Source: Hypanus sabinus (Eukaryota). From it: 64,000 nt of DNA. The notes beneath the pieces were generated by a model. It saw only the letters and a program-made list of their open reading frames with translations, did no database searches and had not been told where the DNA came from. The stretch is from positions 28,830,001 through 28,894,000 of the forward strand of contig NC_082731.1 of NCBI RefSeq assembly GCF_030144855.1, read 5' to 3'. A program made the position numbers and the translations under genes. Positions within the stretch are counted from its first letter, which is position 1, and the number at the start of each line of letters is the position of its first letter. Shown in pieces: positions 52,400 through 64,000 of this stretch.

Positions 52400-53051
52400 C
52401 TGGAACAGAGAGAATCTCAGTTAGAATGAATCTTCCAGTAATTCCCTCCTTACCCAACACATTCTGGTCTTGTACCAACATGAACAATTTCTAAATCTGA
52501 GAGACTTCACTTTATCTGAAACCAAAGGCTTTTCCCTTTCTGCTCATCATTGGGATTTGTGGAGTGGAAATCTTGAACCTGCTGCATTTTACAGCTCCCA
52601 GCGAGGTTAGTCCATTCAGTTCAATCAATGGGTGTCGCTGAAAACAGCAACTCAACAGAAAGTGGAACTCCGCCCCTGGACATGCATCACCCTGTGCTGT
52701 TTGTTCCATCTCCCCTGGAGCAGGGGTGACAGTCTCAGCTGTGTACGTGTGAGAGGGAGTGAGAACCTGTCGAACTCTCTGCCACAGAAAGCACTTGAAG
52801 AATTATCATGTAATATATTCAAGAATGGGTTGTATGCATTTCTTCATGTGAATGGGTCAAAGGATATCTGGAGAAAATAGGAATATTGATTGAGTTTGGA
52901 TGACTAGCCGAAACCAGACTGAATGGTTCAGATCGAGAGACCCAATGACCTGCTCCTGTTCTCATTTTCTATAGTCTATCACAGTGCTGGATGGTGATAA
53001 ATCTGTCCAATTGCTGAGATTAGACTCACACTGAATTCTGTCCACACGTAC

Positions 53052-53366
53052 CTGTGTCCTTCCTGATGGATTTCTTCACCGGTGTTGGTAAACTCTCGTC
53101 CTCTATCACACACGAGAACTCAGCCCCACTGTTCCACTCTGCAGCAGAGACTGTCAGTCTGCTGGTGATCATGTCTTCACCTCCATTGCTGTCTGGACCT
53201 ACAGTCCTCACCCCATCTTCCCTCTTCCTTCCGTCCACCTGCCAGGTTACACTGAACCCCTGTAAGTCACTGTGAACCACATCACATAGAATGGTCGCTG
53301 TCCTCTTCGTCCAGATCTCTTCGAAGGAAGGTTTGCTTAAAGTGACTGAAGTATCTGAACATTTAT
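53052..53366 (-). CDS. IgW: IgW CH5 exon
   Basis: 315 nt, AG/GT, phase 1; KPSFEEIWTKRTATILC..TWQVDG..FSCVIEDESLPTP, homologous to IgNAR C4. Confidence 0.95.
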
Positions 53367-54682
53367 CTGGGAGAAACGTCACAATTATTATTTCCCCATT
53401 CCCCAATGGATGAATTTCTCACTGACAAGACCAGCATTTCTGTTCGTCTCTGGTCAATGATTTGCCAGTCCCATCAAGAGGAGATGAGACCAATCTACAT
53501 TGGTGAAAAAAGGAATCTTCCCTAGGGTAGACACCCTGAGGGAATGTAAATGAGCAAGATTGGCCCTTGCATTGTTTTTGCAGTTTCATGGTCACTTAAA
53601 CTGTTGCCAGCCACTTATTAAAACAAATACAGAAAATAACCAGTATTTCAGAGTGTGTTGGTGGAACAGGAAACAGAGCAAAGTATCACATGAAAATCTT
53701 GCAGAAAATACACTTCATATTACAGAATTTATGAGAAACATTTAGTTTTTGTGACTAATATTAAATGCACTCTTTTTCTCTGTTAGGTGTAACTAACATT
53801 TGCTTCTGCTTTGTCAGAATGTTGTGTGTTCAAGCCGCCCTCCAGAGGCTTCTACACATTGTCCAGGCTGACTGTTCCCACACAGGAGCAGAGGGAGAGC
53901 TGCTCTGCTGGAAATTCAGTCACAACTGAGGTACTAATCAGGGGCTTGTTCAAAGGTAAAGGGAGGGAGCATTTTGAAGATGAGTATCAGCGATTTCCAG
54001 AGTGTCTGTCCAGTGAAATGATCTGGATTCACCTCCAGTTCTGAAATTATTTCCTGGAATACTATTGTTTCGATGGTGAAAATGTGGATTATGTTGGTTG
54101 AGAGCGGAAAACAAACCGATGATTGGCCAATTTAAGTGCCAAGCGAGATTAAAAAGATGATGACATTGAGGCTGAGTCAATGGCCAAACCAGTATTCAGC
54201 TCACTACTCTATGAGGCTTCCCTCACCTCAGCACTGAACTGACTCTGCAGCTGCGGCCTGCAGCCATCAGCACTCACCTCAGCACTGAGCCTGGCTCCGT
54301 GGCCGTGGCCTGCAGCCATCAGTCTCCTGGACCAGTTGCAGTGCTGAACTGGTGACGTGGCTGTGGATTTACTTCAGGGCACTCTGCGGTTCAGGTTCTG
54401 TGGATTGTTTGTTTGAACCTTCATATTGTTTACACAATTTGTTCTTTCTTTTTCTCACATTGGATGTTTGACTCTGAATTCTATTCTGTTTCTTTGCTTT
54501 GTCTGCAACAAGAGAATCTCAAGGTTGTATATGGTGCACAGACTTTGATAATAAATGTACTTGGAATTTTATCAGTTCCCTCATATAACGAAACCAGAAC
54601 TACACTGTGATTTAGTGTTGACCTTGAATTCATAGCACAATGTAAACAATTTAAAAAATGGGGTGAGGAACCAGGACCCTAC

Positions 54683-55000
54683 CTTGGACGTTCTTCACTT
54701 GCTTCTTGATACGGGTGTTGGAGGGGGGATGAATCACTGTACAGCTGAAGACTGATTCTGTCTCCCACTCCTGTAAACTCACGGTCAGGAAGTGTCTGGC
54801 ACTGAAAGTCCACCCCTGCTCCAGAGCGGTTGGTGTAGCAGTGGTGTTGAAGGTGATCACGGTGTTGTGTTTCTCCCAGATGACATTTATTTGGTCCGGG
54901 TAGAACCCAGAGACCACACACTCCAGTGTGACCATTTTCCTTTTCTTGGTCTCTTCCTGAGGTGGAGGCAGCAGTCTGACCTTGGGACTTTTTATCTCAA
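54683..55000 (-). CDS. IgW: IgW CH4 exon
   Basis: 318 nt, AG/GT, phase 1; PKVRLLPPP..TLECVVSGFYPD..PTALEQ..FSCTVIHPPS, homologous to IgNAR C3. Confidence 0.95.
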
Positions 55001-55086
55001 CTGGAATAGACAAGAAAATAGGAATTCTGAAACATTTTGACTCAGGTAACTAATGCTGGCCATTCAATCACTTGTCTCTTGCCCAC

Positions 55087-55389
55087 CTTTGGTACTATTG
55101 GTCCGTGCTGACACTCGGGAAGATGAAGGAGATTCCTGAGCAGAGCACTCGTACTCCACCCCACTGAACCACTCCTCCACACTGATCTGGAGTTCGCTGA
55201 GCACTCTGTATCGGGACCCGTCCCTCTCCGCTTGATGGGTGTGAATTCCTTTTGTTTTCTCCTTCCCGCCCACGTGCCATGAGATGTGGATATCTTCGGG
55301 ATCTGTACAGAGAACCGTGCACTTCACGGTAGCAGTCTTGTCGATCCACATCTCTTCAATGTCGGGATTTTGAATAAAGACAGACAATT
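55087..55389 (-). CDS. IgW: IgW CH3 exon
   Basis: 303 nt, AG/GT, phase 1; SVFIQNPDIEEMWIDKTAT..SVEEWFSGVEYECS, homologous to IgNAR C2; 86-nt intron to CH4. Confidence 0.95.
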
Positions 55390-57349
55390 CTGTGGATTAG
55401 AAATGGAAATGCTCAGAATCTTACTGGAGATATTTCTATTGGTTGTGTTAGGTCAAGACAGACCTTGTGTTAATGCAAACAGAGTAACAGAAACACCCAG
55501 GACTGAATCACGTGTCTCACACTCCTCCAAGTTTTGATTCCAGAAAAGAAAATCAGAACAAAGGATGTGCTAATCGGTTTTGAATCCCTTTCTTATAACT
55601 GTACCAATTGGTTCACTGTGAGACAGAGAAGCATGCAGATTTCTCAGCAGAGACGCAGCTCAGTATATTCTTTGCTCGGAGACTCAGTGCCATTGATTAG
55701 TAACAATGGACACTGTGAATCAATGAGAATCCCTTTCTCCATCTGGGCTGAGCCTGGGATTCACTCAGTTTAATAACTTCACATCCGGACATTGAGTCTG
55801 ACTGTGGCTGTGCCTCTCCCCATCTCTGCAACATTCACCACCCACACAAACTTCAGAAAACATCGTATTCTTTCAACTCTGCTCCCTCATACACCTGCAC
55901 TACTTCTGCTGGTGCCTGTGGTTTTAGCATTCCTGCGTACAAACACTGAAGCCTCTGTCTCTCTTGAAATGAGCAGCCATGGTCAGAGTGTGTTGTTAAG
56001 TTGCTGGGCTGATGAACTGGGAAAATAGTTTCAAATCCCAACCTGGTGGATGGGAGTTTAAATTCAATTCATCAATGCTTTGTGGAATAGAAACATGTCT
56101 ATGGAGGTATTTGTAGTGTCATTCCCTGTGATAACTTCCGGAGAGAAGTCCCATCTGATCCGGCTGGTCTGTGACTCCAGACCTGCAGCAACACGGCTGA
56201 ACCTGAATCACCATCAGGAATGAGGCAGCAAGTCCCTCAGTTCCAGAGCGATCAGTGATTGATAGGAAATGATAAATGAATAAAACAGCTCTTTGATCAA
56301 GTGTTGGGTCACCTGTCCTCTGGGTTAGTGTCGGTTTTGTGTGAAGTTGTTGAGGCCGTCTCCCAATGCACGATCATCAGTTCACATACATTGCAGCTCT
56401 CTGCACTTCTTGTACACCATTTACGCACTCGGTCCCCTTTTGCTCTTTGACATTTAGTGTGGAGGCTGATTGTGTTTGTGTCACGGTTGAGTCCTTCAGT
56501 GAGACTGTGAGTCAGTGTCTTTGTCTGAAGAAAGAGCAGATGTAACACACACTGTCCAGTCTGACTGGGACGGATCATCTGACAAAGTATGATGTGTATT
56601 TCTTAACCTTTCTCATGTCAGTTAGATTATGAGCAATTTTCTTTTAAAACAGAAAGTGCATGGTTGTAGTCTAGATGATCATTGTTGTGTAATATCACAA
56701 ATCTGCAAACGTCGGTGTACACTGAAGGGTCACAGAATTGTGAATCCCAGTTTAATCAGCACTGTGTTGTTGTTAAATGTGTTTTGGCAGGTTTCTCAGT
56801 TTGGTCCCATATCAGCCTGGTCTTGATGTTCAGCAGTCCCTGGGAAATGAGATCCCCTCATAAAACCTGACAGAGTCAAGATCGCTCCCCTTATTGCTGA
56901 ATTATTCCACAAGAAGCATAGCATTCTATCAGTGCTTGGGTAATTTTAACAGAACATTGTCCTTTCTGACATTCTTTGGGATCACTGAGTTTCCCAATTG
57001 GACTGAATTCAGTGTCCCACACGTGGATCAATGTTTCGCAACTTGTCTGATTCAGGAATTACACACAAATCATGTCAGATTGGACAGGAGACTGTGTAGA
57101 CCCCTGTGTCTTGTCTCACCAATTTGTCTTGTGCCCAACATTATCAAAGCGTCATCCATCCTTTGACTGAGTCAATTTGGAATTTCTGCCCCGTTCACCT
57201 TCATCACCTCGTGCCTCACAGCCACTGGGTGAAAAACAGGTTCCAGTTCTTGCTGACTGGAGTCAGACAGGAGGGAATCTGGCCAAGGAAACTGGAATTG
57301 GGATCTGAGTCACACTGAAGCAACAATGTACACAAATGAATGAGAGTAT

Positions 57350-57900
57350 GGACAACCAGAAACACAAGAGGTTCTACAGATGCTGGAAATCTTGAACAAC
57401 ACACACAAAATGCTGGAGGAACATGGGAAGTCAGGCAGCGTCTATGGATGGAAATAAACAATCGATCTTTCAGGCCAAGTGACTTCACCAGTACTGGAAA
57501 GGAAGTGGGCAGAAGCCAGAATAAGAGGTGGGTGGAGTGGAGATGAATACAATCTGTCAGATGAGTGGTGAGACCAGGTGAGGGGGTAAGGATGTGGATG
57601 GGGAGGGGGTATGAAGTAGAAAGCTGGTGGGGGATAAATGGAAGAGATAAATGGCTGAAGCAGAAGCAATCTGACAGGACAGTGGACCATGGAGGAAATG
57701 ATGGACAGGTGGGTAGGTGATAGAATGAGGTGGTATCTAATATGGGGATTAGGAAAAAAGGGGATTAAAGGACCGGGGGAGATTACTGGAGGTTGCAGAA
57801 ATTAGAACTCAAGCTATCAGACTGGCAGATATCTGGATGGAATATGAGGTGTTGCTACTCCAACCTGACTTTGGCCTCACCACGTCAGTAGGGGAGACCA
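57350..57900. repeat. Abundant elasmobranch interspersed repeat (SINE- or Penelope-terminal-like)
   Basis: Contains ACACACAAAATGCTGGAGGAAC...GGCAGCGTCTATGG; related short copies near 23580-23730 and 62985-63065. Confidence 0.45.
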
Positions 57901-58126
57901 TGGACAGACATGTCAGAATGGGAATGGGAAGTCAAATTGAAAAAGGTGGCCACAAGGATAATAGAAAGTCGAATAGAAATGTGATTGGAGAAGTAGTCAG
58001 TTTGAATCATGTGTTTTCTTCTCTCTTTGTTAAATTTCCATCCCAATGGATACCAGGAGCAGGTCTGGAATCCAGTAAATGGATTGTTATGAAATTCAAT
58101 GACGAATTGTATACACAGCCAATCAC

Positions 58127-58132
58127 TTTATT
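58127..58132 (-). terminator. AATAAA signal for the short (2-C-domain) secreted form
   Basis: Canonical hexamer on the minus strand ~335 nt after the stop of the 58467-58546 exon. Confidence 0.6.
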
Positions 58133-58466
58133 TCACACTTTCCTGCAAAACAATGATACTGTAGGGTAGAACCATCGGAGAATGTTGCATTGAGGTTACT
58201 CTGGTAAAAGAACATTGGCACAGGCTCCGAAGGACAGTTTCCACCTGGAAATGGAAGATTCATAGATTTAAATGTTAGATATTTTCAGCTCTTTTCCCAT
58301 GCTTGGAAAAAGGGAGTCCCACATATTCCCACTCTCTGTCCTCTGTATATTGCATCCTATCGGGATGAGGTTGGGTCAGCCATGATAAATGCATGTGCTG
58401 TCTGAACCTGGTCAAGGATCTGAGGACACAAGGTCACAAACATTCACTCGAGGATTCGGCATCAAT

Positions 58467-58546
58467 TCAAAAATAATCCAGGCACCTACATTTCAGTGAG
58501 TTGAGAATCGACAGAAGAGTCTCTCTGGAAACACTGGATACAGACT
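58467..58546 (-). CDS. IgW: Candidate secretory exon for short IgW (ESVSSVSRETLLSILNSLKCRCLDYF*)
   Basis: Acceptor ttttgtatttgcttcagtccccAG 380 nt after CH2; phase 1 matches; C-x-C near the C-terminus; downstream AATAAA; internal donor T|gtaggt at 58490/58489. Confidence 0.65.
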
Positions 58547-58926
58547 CTGGGGACTGAAGCAAATACAAAATTGCAGAGATATTTTTTGAGGAACTAACAC
58601 TGAGAAGACAGTGAAAAGGGGAAAGGGAGGTTTTCTCCAGATGGTAAAGCATGGGACGTGAGCTTTGCTCACTAACTTATTTTCATTATAACTACAAACA
58701 GAGACAACTACAATTATTGAGACAGAATGGACAGGTGACCTCATCTTATACCTTTCCTGCCCAGTAGATGGGGTTAAAGCTGCTGGTGATTTGAGTTGAT
58801 TCAAAGTGCAAAGATCATCTGTACATCACTCAACCAGATTGACAGTAGGGACAGGAATTGTGTGGGAGTATCAGTTAAGTAGTTCAGTGCTGTAAGTTAA
58901 TTAATTTTTCTTCAGACATCACTCAC

Positions 58927-59226
58927 CCCCTCGATACGTCATGTTGACCTGACCACTGAAACCGGAAGGTGCGTGATTCACTTCACAAGTATATTTCTGT
59001 TTCTTGGTCCATTCCTGCACAGGCACTGTCAGGTAAGCGATTGTTTCAAATCCACCATCAGATCTCCGAGAGGAAGGGAGAACGATGCCTTCTCGGGCAG
59101 ATCCAGCTTTTTTCCAGGATACCTGAACGTTGTCGGGAGAGAATCCAGATATCACACAGCCCAGGACAGCATTTGCTTGACTGTGGATCACCTCCCGGGA
59201 TGGAACAAGGGAGCTGAGCTTCGGAG
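58927..59226 (-). CDS. IgW: IgW CH2 exon
   Basis: 300 nt, acAG / gtgagt, phase 1; VLGCVISGFSPDNVQVSWKK..KYTCEVNHAPS. Confidence 0.95.
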
Positions 59227-60168
59227 CTGTAACACATTTAATATCTGTCAGTACATGATTGCTTTGCCCATGCTTTGGACTTCATTCCCCCTCATCCCGG
59301 GCAAGTTCCCCAGTTCCAGCCCTCTCAAGAATGGTGTTAATTTACAGCTGATCTGATGATCTGATGGTTCACACCAGCGAGTGGGAGGGCTGGGTGTATC
59401 ACTTGGGCCTCCCAGCAGTGTGTCCCACTATGCTATGATAATGCAGAGAGGTGGGTCATGGGGTTGAGGTGCAGACCTGTCGTGATCTAATTGTTTAATG
59501 GAGAATGACTGATACCAGCTCCTGTGAGCAGGAGTACATGGTGTGGTACTGTTTCCATTGGTGAATTTGGGAAACACAATTTTACTTTCAATGAGAAAGA
59601 AGAACAGATGGACAGGAGGGAATTATTTTGTTGTCTCTGCAAAGGCTTGTTCAGATCTGTGAGAAGGTGGTTAAAGAAGGGCACTGGAGTGGATTCCTTC
59701 GTCACATTCACTAGGGATTGCTTTTATCAGAAGAGGGGGAAGCTGCAGGGTGGAGGGGTAAGTGCAGGAGGAGAGGGGTAAAGTTTAAATTGTTGTTCTG
59801 TGTGCAGGGGTACGATGGGCCAGCAGTCTCTGTATGTGTACAGGAGCTGATCTGCAGGGCGGTTTTTGTGGGATGGGATGGTGGAGAGGTTCCTGAAAGG
59901 AGTGGATACATTGGAGACAGATCAGCACAAGTTGTTTCCTCCACCCTCCACTGATACGGAGTTTCATTGAGTTCAGGAGGACGTTTCCCCCCATATCAAT
60001 TCCATACGTTTTCTCACTGTCATTTTGGTGAGGAGTCATACTGCCATTGTAAGATTAGAGTAAAGGAGTTAATTGCCGTGCCGAACATTATCTGACAAAG
60101 GTTCGTGTTCCAGATTTACACTCTGAGATCAATGCAGCTTTTAAGAGAAAATTATGTCTCATACTAAC

Positions 60169-60462
60169 ATTGAGGTTTCTGGAACCCCACTGTCACCATC
60201 CCTGCCTTGCACGTGTAGACTTTATTCTTCTTCCAGTCCGCCGCAGAGACTTCGAGCAAGCTGCTCATCGTGTACTTTGAATTTTGCCCCAACACCGCCG
60301 GGTATTTCTTGATTCCAGTGGTGATGTCCCCACTGTTAGTGGACCATGTCTGACTGATGCTCTCAGGCTGATAGTCCTTGACCAGACAGAGGAGCCTGAT
60401 GCCTTGGTCAGATTCTGTGGTGCAGGAAGGGGTGATGTAGACTGATGGTGTGGACTTGACCT
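60169..60462 (-). CDS. IgW: IgW CH1 exon
   Basis: Not in the ORF track with this frame; hand translation gives [39 protein letters not shown]...[26 protein letters not shown]. Acceptor ttctttccatttcAG, donor gttagt. The N-terminal Cys is suited to light-chain linkage, which argues for IgW rather than IgNAR. Confidence 0.92.
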
Positions 60463-60970
60463 CTGAAATGGAAAGAAATTCACAGAAGTTCTGTAAGTAA
60501 ATGCATTACTGGCAGACAAAGGAGACATGTTATACGTTACCATTACTAACTACTGTGCTGAAGTCTGAGACACATAAGCTGGGATGCCCACCCGACCCCT
60601 CCACTGTACTGTAGTAATTTTATGTATTGCACTGTACCTCAGCTACTAAAGAAAAACAAATTTCATGACAGATGTGAGTGAGGATAAACCTGATTCTGAT
60701 GTGGGTCTCTATTGTGGACTGAGAGTGGGAAAGGGAAGGGAGGGAGAAGCATCAGAGAGACATTCTGGAAAGATCAATAAACCAATTGTTTTGAATCAAG
60801 TGACCTTGCCTGTTGTCTCAGAGCTGGTTGGCTCTGCACCCATGCCAACTGCTGCCCCTGCTCTGTCATTTGTCCCACACCCCTCCCGTGGCGCTCCACT
60901 GTCACCGTTCCCAACATGCATTGCTCTCACCAGATTTACAAACTCACTCTCCACTCCACTTTGACAAATA

Positions 60971-61037
60971 TGTTACTACAGAAAAGTCTTGGGTACGCTA
61001 GCAATGTACTTGTGCCCAAGATTTTTGCACAGTACTG
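60971..61037. mobile_element. Possible tiny Tc1/mariner-type MITE remnant
   Basis: Imperfect 26-bp inverted ends (17/26), right end GTGCCCAAGATTTTTGCACAGTACTG; TA on the left flank. Confidence 0.35.
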
Positions 61038-61899
61038 TTTATAAATGAGTAATTTCCAAAATTATTCACCCCATGAAACAAAACTCTCACCACTTCAACA
61101 CCCAGCTGGGAATCTGTGTCACTGAGCTCAGAGGTCAGTCTCACAGTGGAGGCTTGAGCCCACAGTCACAAGTGTGCCCCAACACCCCGCCCAGAACCGT
61201 ACTCATCCAATGTCCGATGTGAAGTTGATGCCAACATTGTGTTTGCCTTCTTTACCACAGACTCCACCTGTAAATTCATCTTCTGGGACACTCGCACGAG
61301 GACTCCGAAGTCTTCCGCACTTCTGATGCACCCTCTGCACTCCTTGATGCATCTGACACTGCCTCAAAATTCAACCCATGCAACTGAGGAAGAACTTCAA
61401 CCGCACCGAGCCTGTGGAAATTACAAGCCAAACGCCTTCCCAACACACCAGGCCCAGAATCGCACTGAGATGAATGGTGACTGTGATCCTTTGACAAGTC
61501 TAGTCTGCGAGGGAATCATGGAAGTGGAATCCCCAGTTTAATCCAGGGAACTCCAGCAAGGCCCCGTGTCATGTGGTGGAGTGTGGTGACAGTTCTGGTG
61601 GCATCTGTCACTCAGTAAATCTTGGGGCACAGTGGTCTGTGGAACTGTGAGACTGACTCCAGTGTAAGTGGCTAGACACTGGTAAATGGTTCACTTCGGG
61701 AATGCCAGCTACAGCCAGCACCATTCAAACCACAGTATCTTCAGTTTCCCTTGTATTGAGCAGCAGGGGAAAGGGATGGTCAGCTGTGGTCTGAGGAACC
61801 TTGCTGCTGTTTATCAGCATCAACCCCTCACAACAAGGGAGTTACAGGACCAAAGACCTGGGACCATCAGGACGACCATCAGTAATCTGTGACTATCTA

Positions 61900-62640
61900 T
61901 TCATCTACCACACAGTCAGTAACTTTAAATTCCTGGGTGTCACTGTCTCAGAGGACCTGTCCTGGACTCAGCATATAAATGTAATTGCAGAGGAAACAGG
62001 ACAGTGCATCTACTTCCTCAGGAGTCTGTGGAGATTTGGCATGATGTCTAAAATCTTGATAAACTTCTATAGAATTGTAGTGGAAAGTGTATTGACTGGC
62101 TGTATTATCGCCTGGTATGGGAACAGCAATGCCTTTGAATGGAAAATACTGCAAACAATAGTGGATTCAGCCCAGTACATAATGGGTAAAGCACTCTCAA
62201 CCATTGAGCACATCTACATGAAATGCTGTCGTAAGAAAGCTGCATCTATCATCAAAGATCCTCACCACCCAGGCCCTGCTCTTTTCTCACTGCTACCATC
62301 AAGCAGATGGAACAAGAGCCTCAGGACTCACAACACCAGTTTCAAGAACAGTTACTACCCTCAACCATCCGGCTCTTGAATAAAAGAGGATAATTATGCT
62401 CATCTATTGAGATGTTCCCATAAACAATGATCTCACTTTAAGGACTCTTTACCTTGTTATTTATTGCAATTTATTTAGGGTTGCAATTCACCAGTTTATT
62501 GTCTTCTATGCTCTTGCTGTTTCATTGATCCTGTTTACAGTTACTATTCTATAGATTTGCTGAGTATGCCCACAAGCAAATGAATCTCAGAGTTGTATGT
62601 GGTGACATATATGTACCCTGATAATAAATTTTACTTTGAA
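61900..62640 (+). mobile_element. Rex1/Babar-type LINE 3' fragment
   Basis: SNFKFLGVTVSEDLSW, ESVLTGCIIAWYGN and IIKDPHHPG motifs. Confidence 0.8.
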
Positions 62641-63206
62641 TTTTCAGACTTCAAATGAAGGTTTTCCAATGTTGGGGAGCTTTAGGAATTGTAGGCTAAA
62701 AGTGACCATTCCCTTCCAACATCACCCAAACAGACTGATTGTCATGTTGTAGTTCAGCTTGTGGACAAGTGACACACTGCAGGAGTACTTGCTGGGTTGG
62801 GAAAGGCCCTGGGATGTTCTGGGGTTGTAGAAGCCAATGAAAAACAAATTGTTTTCATCAAAATAGGAAAGGTACGTTGCATCCGGAGTTTCTCCGGTCA
62901 CTGGATGATTTCTGGATGATTTCCCTCCAGGATGGATTTATATTCAGGAAACAGCGTAGTTGCCAGAAATCAGATTGACAGAGTCTGGTGAAGGGTCACT
63001 GTTGTGAAACATTAACTCTGTTTCTCACCCCACAGATGTTCCCTGAGCTGCTCAGTGTTGGCAGTGCAGGAGGCACAATATTGTCAGTCAGTGAGATTTG
63101 CAGCTGAGGATCTTTTACATCCCGGGACCAGCAGGTGGTAAGTACAGTTCTGTCTGGATCAGAGTTCCTCTGGGTCTTTATAAAAACACCCATCAAACTG
63201 ACAGCA

Positions 63207-63633
63207 GGTTGCTGGGGTGAAGAGGGGAACTGGATCTGGGTGGGTCACGGGGTGCTGGGGTGAAGAGGGTAACTGAATCTGGGTGGGGCATGGTGTGCTG
63301 GGGTGAAGAGGGGAACTATATCTGGGTGGGTCACGGGGTGCTGGGATGAAGAGGGCAACTGGATCTGGGTGGGTCACAGGGTGCTGGGGTGAAGAGGGGA
63401 ACTGGATCTGGGTGGGTCACAGGGTGCTGGGGTGAAGAGGGGAACTGGATCTGGGTGGGTCACAGGGTGCTGGGGTGAAGAGGGGAACTGGATCTGGGTG
63501 GGTCACAGGGTGCTGGGATGGAGGGGAACTGGATCTGGTTGGGTCACAGGGTGCTGGGGTGAAGAGGGGAACTGGATCTGGGTGGGTCACAGGGTGCTGG
63601 AGTGGAGGGGAACTGGATCTGGGTGGGTCACAG
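63207..63633 (+). repeat. G-rich minisatellite, 43-bp unit, about 10 copies
   Basis: Unit GGGTGCTGGGGTGAAGAGGGGAACTGGATCTGGGTGGGTCACA (e.g. starts at 63379 and 63422); minor variants. Confidence 0.95.
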
Positions 63634-64000
63634 GAGCTGCGTATTTGGACAAAACGATCGATGGTGAATCAGCAGATTGGTGGAGGTTCAGTCTGATTTC
63701 AGTCTGTATTGTAGTAAGTGGATAGAACATCGGGGAATATGAACAACAGATGGGCAATTTTATTTATTCATTTGTTTTTTGGAATCTGGGCTTTGCCGGT
63801 AAAGTCTGAGTGAATTACACATCTGAGCTGTCATTCAGAGGGCTTTTGGAGATAAACACATTGATAGGTCATAAATAGGCTCATAAAACACATAGAACAT
63901 GGAAGATAGAAAACCTACAGCACAATACAGGCCCTGTGGCACTCAAAGTTGTGCCGAACATGTCCCAACCTTAGAAATTAAGAACTAGGCTTACACATGG

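Noticed and set aside
53847-53879. Plus-strand GFYTLSRLTVP resembling a C1-set E strand
   Set aside because: An isolated 11-aa match antisense to the gene with no other Ig-fold residues.
52017-60462. IgNAR or IgM assignment
   Set aside because: Six C domains plus a CH1 with a light-chain-type Cys fit IgW; IgNAR has five C domains with no such CH1, and IgM has four.
61142-61148. CACAGTG heptamer 51 nt from a GTGAG donor (J-segment-like spacing)
   Set aside because: No nonamer at 12 or 23 bp, no WGxG motif, and a stop codon in the phase-1 frame.
61155-61181. Minus-strand WGTLVTVGS resembling a JH end
   Set aside because: Lacks the xG of WGxG, has no GT donor and no RSS; adjacent to a CR1 scrap. 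Probably chance.
61628-61634. Other isolated CACAGTG heptamers (also 35249-35255)
   Set aside because: No ACAAAAACC-like nonamer at the proper spacing.
62690-62935. Minus-strand frame containing GFYNP and KYSCSV, Ig-like at a glance
   Set aside because: The motifs are only ~12 aa apart, there is no B-strand Cys or core Trp, and no proper splice sites.
63036-63137. Plus-strand exon-like segment with good acceptor and GTAAGT donor
   Set aside because: The acceptor is part of the common interspersed repeat (CCACAGATG.T.CCTGA.CTGCT), and no recognisable protein is encoded.
63207-63633. Repeat array as CRISPR
   Set aside because: Head-to-tail tandem units with no unique spacers, in eukaryotic DNA.

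Overview
Eukaryotic (cartilaginous fish, probably a ray/batoid; taxon is inferred) genomic DNA. It holds the constant region of an IgW heavy-chain gene on the minus strand, embedded in very dense transposable-element debris. Six intact, phase-1 C1-set exons (CH1 60169-60462, CH2 58927-59226, CH3 55087-55389, CH4 54683-55000, CH5 53052-53366, CH6 plus secretory tailpiece 52017-52399) give the long secreted form. A small Cys-containing secretory exon with its own AATAAA follows CH2. About 17.5 kb 3' of the tailpiece lie a second, intact but diverged CH3'-CH4' pair (34165-34467, 33759-34076), a paralogous small exon (33540-33587), a TM1 exon (30821-30963) and a candidate TM2 exon (12065-12076). 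No V, D, J or complete RSS is visible; they probably lie beyond the right edge. The rest is CR1, L1-like, Rex1/Babar and Nimb-like LINEs, Gypsy elements, a solo LTR and a hAT transposon. The most notable points are: (1) a TSD-flanked Gypsy element whose RNase H/integrase region is replaced by an intronless myosin heavy-chain rod fragment; (2) the duplicated CH3'-CH4' module placed after the tailpiece, together with loss of the classical membrane splice donor; (3) a reconstructable ~8.4-kb inversion with 881-bp inverted duplications; (4) a G-rich 43-bp minisatellite upstream of CH1. Exon coordinates were worked out by hand; TE boundaries are approximate unless TSDs are given.
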